A stretch of 21,200 bases of DNA from Octopus sinensis (GCF_006345805.1 NW_021823780.1:1-21200), one strand, 5' to 3'. Positions 1 to 10,252 are shown, numbered from the stretch's first letter. Notes: a model not told the origin generated them from the sequence alone. A program made the numbers and translations.

Positions 1-342
1 TTTTCGGGAAACGAAAAAAAAAGAATTTAATTTCCAGAAAATTCTCGCAGCCAAATTTCCAACAATTTCACTTGTAAGTGAATCCTTATAACTCCACACA
101 CACACTCACACGCACATATACCCACATACCCATGCATGCCATTGCCACCCATACATAAACAACCACATACAAATACAAACACCCCGAAGGCACCTCCTTA
201 CACAGGCACACGCAGATACTTGCACATGCACGCAAACACACATTCCTACCCATGCAGCTGCGCCCACCTAAGCGCTTCCATGTTACGACTCCTACCCCGA
301 TACCCACATGTGAGTACGATAATCCATTGGGCACAACCATAG

Positions 343-434
343 CTATCTATCCATCTATCTATCTATCTACCTATTTATCTATCTACCTACCTACCTACCT
401 ACCTACCTACCTATCTATCTATCTACCTACCTAC

Positions 435-477
<43 letters not shown>

Positions 478-693
478 CCTACCTAACTATCTATCTATCT
501 ATTTATCTATCTATCTATATATATCTATCTATCTATCTATCTATCCATTTCTCTATCTATCTACCTACCTACCTATCTATCTATCTACCTACCTACCTAC
601 CTAACTATCTATCTATCTATCTATCTATTTATATATCTATCTATCTATCTATCTATCTATCTACCTACCTACCTACCTACCTAACTATCTATA

Positions 694-725
<32 letters not shown>

Positions 726-817
726 CATTTCTCTATCAGTCTATCTATCTATCTGTCTATATATCTATATATCTATCTATCTATCTATATATCTATCTAT
801 CTATCTATCTATCTATC
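343..817. repeat. Compound (TATC)n/(TACC)n tetranucleotide microsatellite
   Basis: Near-continuous ctat/ctac units. Marker ccatttctctatc recurs at 545 and 725, and cctaactatct at 482, 600 and 680. Confidence 0.97.
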
Positions 818-837
818 AATCGTTCTCCATATTGGTA

Positions 838-1127
838 TGCGTGCGTGTTTGTGTATGTACATGTTAGTATGTGTTGTGTGTGTGTGTGTGTGTGTGTGTG
901 CGTATACATACACATGCACGTACATACATTTTACCAAATGTTCGCCCGTACATAACACACTTACGCACACACGCATGCGCACGCACATACGTAATTTCAA
1001 GATGTAAGCATTAAGAAAGAAAATGAAAGAATGAAAGTTGAATAATCTGGAGATGGTGTGGGAGTATATACGTAGGTATATACATACACATACAATACAC
1101 ACACACATCTATAAATACATACACATG

Positions 1128-1177
<50 letters not shown>

Positions 1178-1279
1178 CAAATACATACAAACACACATAT
1201 ACATACACATAAATACACACAAACATATATATACAAATGCATACACACGCATATATAGAGAGAGACATAAATACGCATA

Positions 1280-1311
<32 letters not shown>

Positions 1312-1434
1312 CACACATACATGCATTCACATATCTACGTATGTATATATATATATATATGCATTGTATATGTGTGCGTATGCATGTGTTTATACACACG
1401 CACATATATGTGTGTATGTATACATACACGTATA

Positions 1435-1469
<35 letters not shown>

Positions 1470-1581
1470 CTATAATATATATATATGTGTAATAAATAAA
1501 AATATATGCATACATACAAACATATACGTACGTACCGACATCTACATGTATATATACATGCATATATATAATATATATACA

Positions 1582-1620
<39 letters not shown>

Positions 1621-1630
1621 TATATATATG
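838..1630. repeat. Compound alternating purine-pyrimidine (TA/CA/TG) microsatellite mosaic
   Basis: Interleaved (gt)n, (ca)n and (ta)n runs. Source of several YI/HT/CV low-complexity ORFs. Confidence 0.95.
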
Positions 1631-1669
1631 GGAATGAGTGTGAGTAAGAAGCTGAATGAAAGATCGCTG

Positions 1670-1700
<31 letters not shown>

Positions 1701-1834
1701 CTGTAGGAAGTGAATGAGTGCAAGGTTGTCCATTCCAGTGGAAGATAATTCGGTTATTGTTTGGAAAACACATTTTAGTTTTTTTCGCCTCTTTTGAGTT
1801 CTTCCCCCCTCCCCCAACACACACACATGTATGC

Positions 1835-1865
<31 letters not shown>

Positions 1866-1916
1866 ATGATGAGTCAGGTTGGAATAATTCACCATCGGAA
1901 AGATGGTGGTGGTGCC

Positions 1917-2055
1917 AGTAGTAGTAGTAGTAGTAGTAGTAACAGTAGTAGTAGTAGTAGTAGCAGTAGTAGTAGCAGTAGTAGTAGTAACAGTAGTGGT
2001 TGTGGAGTATTTTTGCTCATTATAGTTGTTACAGTAATAGTAGAAATGGCGGTAT

Positions 2056-2095
<40 letters not shown>

Positions 2096-2290
2096 GTGTT
2101 GATTACGGTAGTAGTATTTGCACTAGTAGTAGTAGTAATAGTTGAGGTGGTAGTAGAAGTAGTAGTTGTAGTAAAGTTGGTGACAGTTTACTAACAGTGT
2201 CCGTAGTCGCGATAGCTGCAGTATATGCGCTAGTAGTAGATATATTAGTTGTTGATAGTAGTAGCAACAGTAGTGGTGTAGATCTTAGTG
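1917..2290. repeat. (AGT)n, (ATA)n and degenerate (GTA)n trinucleotide tracts
   Basis: agt runs 1917-1995, ata run about 2057-2093, then degenerate gta/gtg triplets. Confidence 0.9.
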
Positions 2291-2482
2291 AATGTGGTAT
2301 AGGCGCTAGTGTCAACGATAGTGGCTGTGAGGCTCTGTGAATGGTAGTGTCGATGTTGGAGTAAGTGTTGTTATTGGTTCGGTACGGGTGAAGGTAGCGA
2401 TTTTAACAATGATGATGATGAAGGCTTTTGTTCACCAGGGGCTTCACATTAGGGGGTGGGGCATTACTAACTATAACAATGA

Positions 2483-2512
2483 CAGCAAGCAGTAATGATG
2501 ATGATGAGAACG

Positions 2513-2546
<34 letters not shown>

Positions 2547-2789
2547 CGATGGTGATGATGATGACAATGTCGACGATGGTGATGGCGTTATACACTTTAC
2601 TCTTTTTTTACTTGTTTCAGTCATTTGACTGCGGCCATGCTGGAGCACCGCCTTTAGTCGAGCAAATCGACCCCAGGACTTATTCTTTGTAAGCCTAGTA
2701 CTTATTCTATCGGTCTTCTTTTGCCGAACCGCTAAGTTACGGGGACATAAACACACCAGCATCGGTGTCAAGCGATGTTGGGGGGACAA

Positions 2790-2822
<33 letters not shown>

Positions 2823-3247
2823 CATATATACGACAAGCTTCTTTCAGTTTCCGTCTACCAAATCCGCTCACAAGGCTTTGGTCGGCCCCCGACTATAGTA
2901 GAAGATACTTGCCCAAGATGCCACGCAGTGGGACTGAACCCGGAACCATGTGGTTGTTAAGCAAACTACTTACCACACGGCCACGACGATGATGATGTTT
3001 GATGATGATGATGATGAAGATGATGGTAAAGATAATGAGGACGTTGATAACGAGGAGTATGATGATGACGATGGCGTTGTCAACGATGATGATAATGTTG
3101 CTAACGTCGACGATAATGATGACAACCAGGAGGATGACAATTATGAGTATGATGACAACCATGATGACGGCGACGGGAACGATAATGATGGCGATATCAA
3201 TGATGAAGACGACGATGATAATGATGATGATGACATAATGGTGGATG

Positions 3248-3282
<35 letters not shown>

Positions 3283-3300
3283 TATGGTGGTGGTGGTGGT
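2483..3300. repeat. Degenerate (GAT/GAC)n tract interrupted by a SINE-A copy
   Basis: gat-rich triplets at 2483-2590 and 2986-3240, then (agt)n and (ggt)n to about 3300. Confidence 0.9.
2596..2985 (-). mobile_element. SINE family A, near full length (tRNA-like head, CORE-like segment, internal CA/TA microsatellite, (GAGTAAA)-type tail)
   Basis: Minus strand begins cgtggccgtgtggtaag (A-box-like) ... gggttcagtccc (B-box-like) ... cttgggcaagt. Aligns by eye with copies at 5181, 9893, 13686 and 17781. Confidence 0.88.
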
Positions 3301-3591
3301 GTTGGTGGTGTAGGGTGGAGGAGTGGGGTATGACTAATTACAGACTTTATAACAACAACATTGCCAACACAAACGGCTGCAGGCTTAAAGCGAACGTGTC
3401 TGGTGTTAAAACAATTAAGAATCGGGCGAGGAACGAGGAGGGAGGGGTATGGGGGGAGAGGCGGGAGTTACTTCCCTACCAAAAAAGCAAAACAAAAAAA
3501 AAAAAGACCCAGTTCAGGAATTACAATTATTGTATAGTAAAGTAGCTGATAGAGATTCCTCAATAACAAAAGCAACAACAGTCAAGAACAA

Positions 3592-3790
3592 CAATATTGG
3601 TTTCAAATTTTGGCACGAGGCCAGCAAGTTCGAGAGAGGTGCAGAGGTGGGGGTAAGTCGATTATATTGACTCCAGTATGATGAAAGGCAAAGTCGAACT
3701 CAGGCGAAATTTAAACTCGACACAAAAACGGACAAAATGTCGCTAAGCATTTTGTCCGGCGTGCTAACGATTCTGCCAGCTCGCCACCTT
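3592..3790 (-). mobile_element. SINE family B, tail-3 type, with internal deletion
   Basis: Minus: aaggtggcgagctggcagaatcgttagcacgcc ... ttcgactttgcctttcatc[deletion]atactggagtcaat ... gctggcctcgtgccaaaatttgaaaccaatatt. Confidence 0.85.
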
Positions 3791-3791
3791 A

Positions 3792-3820
<29 letters not shown>

Positions 3821-3823
<3 letters not shown>

Positions 3824-4359
3824 GATAGATGCAAATAGACCAGATATTATATTGAAAGACTTCAGACAAAAATCATGCCTCCTCATTGATATGACTGTCC
3901 AATCGATATAAACGTATCTGTCAAGACCTACCAAAAACCGAGCAAATATAAAGATCTTGAAATAGAAATCAGTAAAATGTAGAACCTGAAAACTAAAACA
4001 GTACCTGTTGTCAAAGGTGCCCTGGGAATGATAGCAAAAGGGGCTGATTGCTACTTAGCTCAGATACCAGGAAACCCCAAAATGGCAGAAATTCAAAAGA
4101 TAGTGCTTATAGGAACTGTCATATCCTACGTACAATACAATCTATGTAATCTCAAATTTTAAAACTAACATAATTTTCTTATGGTTTAGTAAATATTCTC
4201 TAGAACAGCACTAAGTACAAAACCAAATATATAGCACCCAAGGCATAACACCAACATGAACGTCTAACTTGTTGTCTCTTGAGGTCTCTGGGTGAGACTT
4301 GGAGCCAACTTGTACAAATGCAAGGCAAAAGTCAAACATAAAATAATAATAATAATAAT
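3821..4359 (+). mobile_element. 5'-truncated R4/Dong-clade non-LTR retrotransposon (RLE-type) with 3' UTR and (TAA)n end
   Basis: The degenerate reading frame encodes an RLE endonuclease C-terminus. About 190 bp of 3' UTR follows. TAA repeats flank both sides (3793-3820 and 4343-4359). Confidence 0.85.
3822..4149 (+). pseudogene. Disrupted restriction-like endonuclease domain of an R4/Dong LINE ORF
   Basis: Manual translation: KIDANRPDIILKDFRQKSCLLIDMTV/PIDINVSVKTYQKPSKYKDLEIEISKM*NLKTKTVPVVKGALGMIAKGADCYLAQIPGNPKMAEIQKIVLIGT/HILRTIQSM*. It has RPD, KxxKY, VPVVxGALG and QK..LxGT.HILR motifs, two frameshifts and a TGG>TAG stop at 3980. Confidence 0.85.
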
Positions 4360-4573
4360 CTTTTCTACTGTTGGCACAAGACCTGAAATTTTGGGAGAGG
4401 GATTCAGTCGATTACATCGACCCCAGTACTTGACTGCTACTTAATTTATCGACTCCGAAAGCATGGAATGTAAAGTCAACCTCACCTGAATTCGAATTCA
4501 GAACGTAGCGACGAGCGAAATATTACAAAGAATTTCGCCCGGCGTGCTAACGATTCTGCCAGCTCTCCGTCCT
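4355..4573 (-). mobile_element. SINE family B, tail-2 type
   Basis: Minus: aaggacggagagctggcagaatcgttagcacgcc ... gtactggggtcgatgtaatcgact ... aaaatttcaggtcttgtgccaacagtagaaaagattatt. Confidence 0.88.
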
Positions 4574-4578
4574 TATAA

Positions 4579-4830
4579 TAATACTTTCTACCATATGCAC
4601 AAGGCCTATTTCTTTATTACCCACAAGGGGCTAAACACAGAGAGGACAAACAAGGACAGACAAACGGATTAGGTCGATTATATCGACCCCAGTGCGTAAC
4701 TGGTACTTAATTTATCGACCCCGAAAGGATGAAAGGCAAAGTCGACCTCGGCGGAATTTGAACTAAGAACGTAGTGGCAGACGAACTACCATTTCGTCCG
4801 GCGTGCTAACGTTTCTGCAGAGCTCGCCGC
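4579..4830 (-). mobile_element. SINE family B with tail-1 fused to the end of tail-2
   Basis: Minus: gcggcgagctctgcagaaacgttagc ... gtttagccccttgtgggtaataaagaaatagg|ccttgtgcatatggtagaaagtattatt. Confidence 0.88.
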
Positions 4831-5002
4831 TCTGCTCACGCCATAATACTGCTTTGGTAATTTCTAAGTTTGGCAGACAGCCATGCATTTAAGAGTGAAA
4901 ACGGTGTGTAATCGATTAAACTAATTCGAATATCTAGTAAAACAGAAATGATAGCCGCGAGCCTGTACAAGCCAACGAGGTAATGATAGCCTGCTTCTCG
5001 TC

Positions 5003-5050
5003 TACGTAGTCACTCAACCTGTAAGAAATAACAGCTAAATATCCCTCAAA
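5003..5050 (-). repeat. Fragment of unclassified dispersed repeat D
   Basis: Reverse complement tttgagggatatttagctgttatttcttacagg resembles ttcgagggtgatttggcagctatttctagcagg at 12298-12330. Confidence 0.55.
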
Positions 5051-5180
5051 GATGAAAGCTTATTGTTCATGAGGTAAGAAAACACGCTGGTTAATGTAAA
5101 GTCATCTGCCCATGAGCTACCCCCACCAAAAATAAGAATGAAATATAGAATGGTCGTAGGTGCAATATTTTTGCAGCTGA

Positions 5181-5546
5181 GGTGTAGGTGTGGCTGTGTG
5201 GTAAGAAGCTTGGTTCCCAACCACATAGTTCCGGGTTCAGTCCCACTAAATGGCACTTTCGGCAAGTGTCTTCTACTATAGCATCGGGCCAACCAAAGCT
5301 TTTTGAGTGGATTTGGTAGAGGGAAACTGAAAGAAGCCCGTCATAAATATGTATGTATTTGTTATTTGTGTCTATGTTTGTTCCCTCACCATCGCATGAC
5401 AACCGATGTTGATGTGTTTCGGCAAAAAAAAAAACCCAGATAGAATAGGCTTACAAAGAATAAGTCCTGGGGTCGATTTGTTCGACTAAAGGCGGTGCAC
5501 CAGCATGGCCGCAGTTCAATGACTGAAACAAGTAAAAGAATAAAAG
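5181..5546 (+). mobile_element. SINE family A with internal deletion
   Basis: ggtgtaggtgtggctgtgtggtaagaagc ... gggttcagtcccact ... gcatggccgcagttcaatgactgaaacaagtaaaag. Confidence 0.88.
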
Positions 5547-5606
5547 TACAACCTGACGTGGATATCTTCTAAACTCATACCCTTACCCAGCGGTATATCC
5601 AGGATG

Positions 5607-5633
5607 TGACAACTGGAGAGAGAGAGAGAGTGA

Positions 5634-5689
<56 letters not shown>

Positions 5690-5720
5690 GAAAAATAAAG
5701 AGGGAGAGAGAGAGAGAGAA
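5607..5720. repeat. (GA)n/(GAAA)n polypurine tract
   Basis: About 15 gaaa units flanked by ga runs. Confidence 0.95.
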
Positions 5721-5745
5721 AAGGGTTCACCCGCATTCGGTTGGA

Positions 5746-5806
5746 ACTCATTTTCTTCAGAGCATATTGGAGCTACCCAAATGAAGTGCCTTGATGAAGA
5801 ACCCAA
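5746..5806 (-). mobile_element. Degenerate central fragment of SINE family C
   Basis: Reverse complement gttcttcatcaaggcacttcatttgggtagctcc...aaaatgagt resembles the C core gttcttgagcaaaacacttcatttcacgttgctcc...aaaatgagt. Confidence 0.5.
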
Positions 5807-5861
5807 GAAATTTCCCGTTTCGGGAGAAAGGCGTTCGCAAATCGAACATCGTAAGCGAAAT

Positions 5862-6105
5862 CGTGTGGCCTAGGGGTTAGGGTGTTGCACTGACGATCGC
5901 AAGAACGTGGTTTCAGTTCCCGGACCGGGCATTGCGTTCTTCAGCAAAACATTTCATTTCATGTTACTCGAGCCCATTCAGCTGTAAATGAGTAACCCTG
6001 CCAGGAACAGGGGTTCTGTTGAAGAACTTTGTAATTTCGGTCACTTATTATACGCCATTGAAACCGAGTGACCGTCCATCTGGATCTTAGGACTTGAGAC
6101 AACAA
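5862..6105 (+). mobile_element. SINE family C (tRNA-like head, CORE-like segment), diverged
   Basis: cgtgtggcctaggggttagggtgttgcactgacgatcg ... gttcttcagcaaaacatttcatttc ... aaatgagtaaccctg. Matches copies at 10793 and 20761. Confidence 0.8.
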
Positions 6106-6117
6106 TGTCCAGGGGTC

Positions 6118-6802
6118 GATGATGAAGATGATGATACTGATGATGATCACGACGTCAATGATGATATTGTTAATGACAACATCAATGGTGATACTGATGA
6201 TGACGACGTCAATAATGATATTGATGATGATGATGATGACGCTATTAATGATGATACTGATGACGATGTCAATGGTGACATTGATGATGACGACGTCAAT
6301 GATGATGATAACGATGTCAATAATGATACTGATGATGACGACGTCAATGATGATGATAACGATGTCAATAATGATACTGATGATGACGACGTCAATGATG
6401 ATGATAACGATGTCAATAATGATACTGATGATGACGATGTCAATGATGATGACGATGTCAATGATGATGATAACGATGTCAATGGTGACATTGATGATGA
6501 CGATGTCAATGATGATGATAACGATGTCAATAATGATACTGATGATGACGACGTCAATGATGATGACGATGTCAATGAGAATAATGATCATGACGATGTC
6601 AATGATGATATTGATGATGACGACGTCAATGATGATACTGATGATGACGACGTCAATGATGATACTGATGATGACGACGTCAATGATGATACTGATGATG
6701 ACGATGTCAATGATAATATCGACGATGACGATGTCAATGAGAATACTGATGATGACGATGTCAATGATGATATTGATGATGATGACGACAACGATAGTGA
6801 TG
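6118..6802. repeat. GAT-based minisatellite with 27-bp and 48-bp higher-order units
   Basis: 27-bp unit gatgatgacgacgtcaatgatgatact (landmarks 6621, 6648). 48-bp unit starting aacgatgtcaataatgatact at 6310, 6358 and 6406. Confidence 0.95.
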
Positions 6803-7074
6803 AACATCCAAACCATTACTTGTTAATCTGTGTGTACGGTTATACACCTGATTTTCGATTTTTTTGTTTTTTGTTTTTTTTTTGTTAGTGTTTGGTGAAA
6901 CCTGTTGAATGAAACGCCGTGAGAGGGACAGAATCAGAAAGAGTGAACGAGTGATAAACATTTGAGTGCGTGTGTAGATGACGGTGGAGCTTGTGTACGG
7001 CGTGGATTTGTGTGCGAGTGACAAAGACAGGCGGAGAAGAAAAGAAAGAGTGATGAAGAAGGAATGACTCAGAA

Positions 7075-7189
7075 ACTACTACTACTACTACTACTACTAC
7101 TAATAATAATAATAATAATTTTTGTAACAATACATGATACATATTGCTGGGGAGTGGAGATATTGATGATGACGACGTCAATGATGATG

Positions 7190-7241
<52 letters not shown>

Positions 7242-7242
7242 C
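7075..7242. repeat. (TAC)n and (TAA)n tracts enclosing one orphan minisatellite unit
   Basis: tac run about 7077-7101, taa runs about 7102-7118 and 7191-7238. Orphan unit at 7159-7191. Confidence 0.9.
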
Positions 7243-7425
7243 GAAACAAAAAGAGGAAAAAGAGAAGGGAAATACAGTAATCGAGTAAACAGAAAATGGG
7301 AAAGAAAAGTGAGAGAAAACAAAGAATTCTATGGACATCAGTGTGTGTGTGTGTGTATGATGGTGGGAGTATGTGTGTGTACCTGTCCACACACACACAC
7401 TTTTTTCCCTCATTTTTCTTGTGCC

Positions 7426-7464
7426 TGTTTCAGTCACTGAACAGTGGTCATGCTGGGTCATCTT
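7426..7464 (-). mobile_element. Degenerate 3' tail fragment of SINE family A
   Basis: tgtttcagtcactgaacagtggtcatgctgg versus the A tail tgtttcagtcatttgactgcggccatgctgg. Confidence 0.55.
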
Positions 7465-7624
7465 ATGTGTTCAGTTTTTTTTTTAAGGGTGAAGGAAATT
7501 TTGCTATTTATGTTTCTGTTGTTGTTGTTGTTACTTAAAAGCAAGCTAGCACTGATGAAGCAGAGGTATGATGAAAGACCAGCCATTCATAACACTCTCG
7601 CTCTTTTTTTCTTTTTAAATTTAG

Positions 7625-7695
7625 GACGTTTGTCCAATATTCCTGGTCTAAGGGAATATCAGGTGGAAACGGGAGCAAGACATTAACCAGGATAG
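7625..7695 (+). CDS. Candidate 71-bp internal exon of an unidentified gene
   Basis: Polypyrimidine tract plus tttag acceptor, and AG|GTCAGT donor. Only one frame is open: TFVQYSWSKGISGGNGSKTLTRI. It ends in phase 1, compatible with 10504. No homology recognised. Confidence 0.33.
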
Positions 7696-8028
7696 GTCAG
7701 TAGGTTTGGAACCGTCCGTTGGTTGGACAATCAAGTCCATGGTTACTGGTCAGAGTCGTGGCCCGCTGGGCAGAAAGCTTTGTTATGATGCTGGTGCTTT
7801 GTTCAGATGGGATCCCCAGCTGAATACGAACTGGATTCATCTGTCCGGTTCAGAGAGAGAGAGAGAGGGGGAGGAAGAGTCAGTGAAGGAGATACAAGGA
7901 AAGCATGTGAGTGTGTTTTGTGTGTTAGAAGGGTTAATGGAATGGCGAGATTCGATTTGAAAAAAACGTGAATTAACAAAAATATATTAAAAGAAACAAT
8001 TCGACACTTTACGCCGGTGAAATAAGTA

Positions 8029-8545
8029 CCGTAAATCCTCGAGTATAATCCGCATTTTTTCCCCTAAAATTTAAAGGTCAAAATCCCTAGTGCGTACTAT
8101 ATACGAGGTGAAAAATGAAAATTATTTTCTAAGCAATGTCCGAGTCTCTATTTGCTGTCGCGGCAATGTTTATTCAGACGCATTTTGTGATGTCGGGGCA
8201 CGAAAATACCTTAAGCTAAAGCCTGAAGCATTGAAGTCATAAAAGAATCATCCATAACTTGCAGTAAGCAACATTATAAACGTTATTACTGTTATTTCTT
8301 TATTTTCTGCAAACAAAATGCACAAAAAAGCTACACGTTTGCATTATGTTATATATACAATAATAATAATAAAGGATGTTAGCGTATACATTTTTACAGA
8401 CCAAGGACGTTATATAGACCTCTTTGACCCAAGTTAGAGAAGGGGTGCGTATTACACACAAGGTTTAGGTTTTTGTAGAGGTACAACCCCCTAAAAATTC
8501 CCTGTGTATTATACTCAAGGGTGGACTATACTCGAGGATTTACGG
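8029..8545. mobile_element. 517-bp non-autonomous DNA transposon (MITE), Tc1/mariner superfamily, pogo/Tc2-like
   Basis: Perfect 19-bp TIR CCGTAAATCCTCGAGTATA at both ends and TA target-site duplication (8027-8028, 8546-8547). No transposase ORF. Confidence 0.93.
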
Positions 8546-8689
8546 TAAATGAAAATGCGAAGGCAGAAAAGTACAGAAACTCAGCAGACAAGACACTAGA
8601 GAAATTAGAGGCAGCATCAGATTTCTGTCTAGTCTGAGAAACAAAATGAACACACGAGGTAATGTAATCGTGGACATGCAATAGGAGGG

Positions 8690-8900
8690 AAAAGAGCGGA
8701 GTGGTCATGGCTGAAACGCTTTTGATCATTGGTCTGTGTTCACACAGAGCTAAACCTAGGAGTAAACAGCAACAACACTATCAATATAATCAGGCTAATG
8801 AAGGAAATCTCTAGGTAGTTGCCCTCGATGCAAGACAAAACAGCTAATTTTTCCTCAAATGTCATTCTTTAAAATAAATGAAAGAAAGACACGTTGGAAA
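8690..8900 (-). repeat. Two partial copies of unclassified repeat D
   Basis: Reverse complement of 8690-8755 (gtttagctc...gatcaaaagcgtttcagccatgaccactccg) matches 13874-13950 and 12210-12240. The 8810-8900 part resembles the D 3' portion. Confidence 0.55.
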
Positions 8901-9154
8901 ATGGGGGTTTAGATAGACTTGCATCTGAAAACGAAAACGAAGTGGTCGTGGTAATCATGGTAGTTAGTGATTGGTTACCGTTGAAATGTCATTGATTATC
9001 GATCTAATCGGCCAGGGTTGACCAGGGTCAATAACAACAGCAACAACAACGACGATAACGTCAAAGCCCTTGACTAATTCCGACAACATGACTAATTGGT
9101 GGGAAGAAAGAAGCTCAAGAATTACATCCAATGGAAACAGGAACAGCAAAAATT

Positions 9155-9299
9155 ACAGCAACAACAACTACTACTACTACTACTATTACCACTACTACTA
9201 TTACTACTACTACTATTACTACTACTACTACTACTATTACTATTACTACTACTACTACTACTACCACTACCACTACTACTACCACTACCACTACTATTA

Positions 9300-9346
<47 letters not shown>

Positions 9347-9365
9347 GCTGCTACAATTACTGCTG
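9155..9365. repeat. Compound trinucleotide tract (AAC/TAC/TAT/CAC/TGC)
   Basis: Continuous triplet register. It gives the poly-Y, poly-L and poly-T ORFs. Confidence 0.95.
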
Positions 9366-9614
9366 ATGCTGCAACCGGCAGTAAATCGTGCAACATCATT
9401 ATTACTTGCTGGACCATACACCAAGAATATATGATTAATTTTTAGTAATTAACTTGGGAACTTATATTAGAGGGGGGGTGACTGCAATTACCACACACAC
9501 ACACACACACCACACACAACCGTTCTCTCTCTCTCTCTCTTCCTCTCACTGCCTCTTTCTCGCTATAAAACACAGAACCGAGATAAAGAGAGAGAGAGAG
9601 AGAGATGAGGGAGG

Positions 9615-9650
<36 letters not shown>

Positions 9651-9892
9651 CGTTATGAAGGAGTGCCCAGGACCACACAGTAATGAATGTTATATATAAT
9701 GGATGCAGGGGAAGAAAGATCTATCACAGGAAGAGCGAGCAAACGAGGAGGAAAAAGTATAGGAAACATGACGAATATTGAGGGTGAGAAGGTGGGAGAG
9801 ATAACCCCGATAATCTCTACTCTCTAAAGCACACAACTCGTCCAGATATACACACGAACCCTCGTATATGTATGCATATATATATATATATA

Positions 9893-10252
9893 TACTCTTT
9901 TACTTGTTTCAGTCATTTGGCTGCGGCCATGCTGTAGCACCGCCTTTAGTCGAGCAACTCGACCCTGGTACTTATTCTTTTTGTAAGCCCAGTACTTATT
10001 CTATCGGTCTCTTTTTGCCGAACCGCTAAGTGACGGGGACGTAAACACACCAGCACCGGTTGTCAAGCAATGCTAGGGGAACAAACACACACACATATAT
10101 ATACATATATACGACAGGCTTCTTTCAGTTTCCGCCTACCAAATCCACTCACAAGGCATTGGTCGGCCCGGGGCTATAACAGAAGACACTTGCCCAAGGT
10201 GCCACGCAGTGGGACTGAACCTGGAACCATGTGGTTGGTTAGCAAGCTACTT
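9893..10252 (-). mobile_element. SINE family A, slightly 5'-truncated
   Basis: Colinear with 2596-2985, including the internal CA/TA tract, but lacks the first about 13 bp of the head. Confidence 0.88.

Noticed and set aside
252-1836. Long ORFs rich in I/Y/L/S, H/T or C/V
   Set aside because: They are translations of TATC and dinucleotide repeats. The same applies to the ORFs at 15432-17155 and 18284-19188.
2950-3333. Asp-rich ORFs (also 2428-2628 and 13440-13730) as acidic shell-type proteins
   Set aside because: They arise from GAT microsatellites, run into or out of SINEs, and have no signal peptide or splice support.
3592-4573. Dong as the partner LINE mobilising SINE-B
   Set aside because: No 3' sequence is shared between them and their simple-repeat tails have opposite polarity.
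6889-6918. 30-bp exon after a strong pyrimidine tract
   Set aside because: All three frames contain stops, so it could only be non-coding, and nothing else supports it.
7706-7960. 84-aa ORF with a protein-like middle
   Set aside because: It has a non-ATG start, runs into a GA repeat, has no convincing splice sites, and I recognise no homology.
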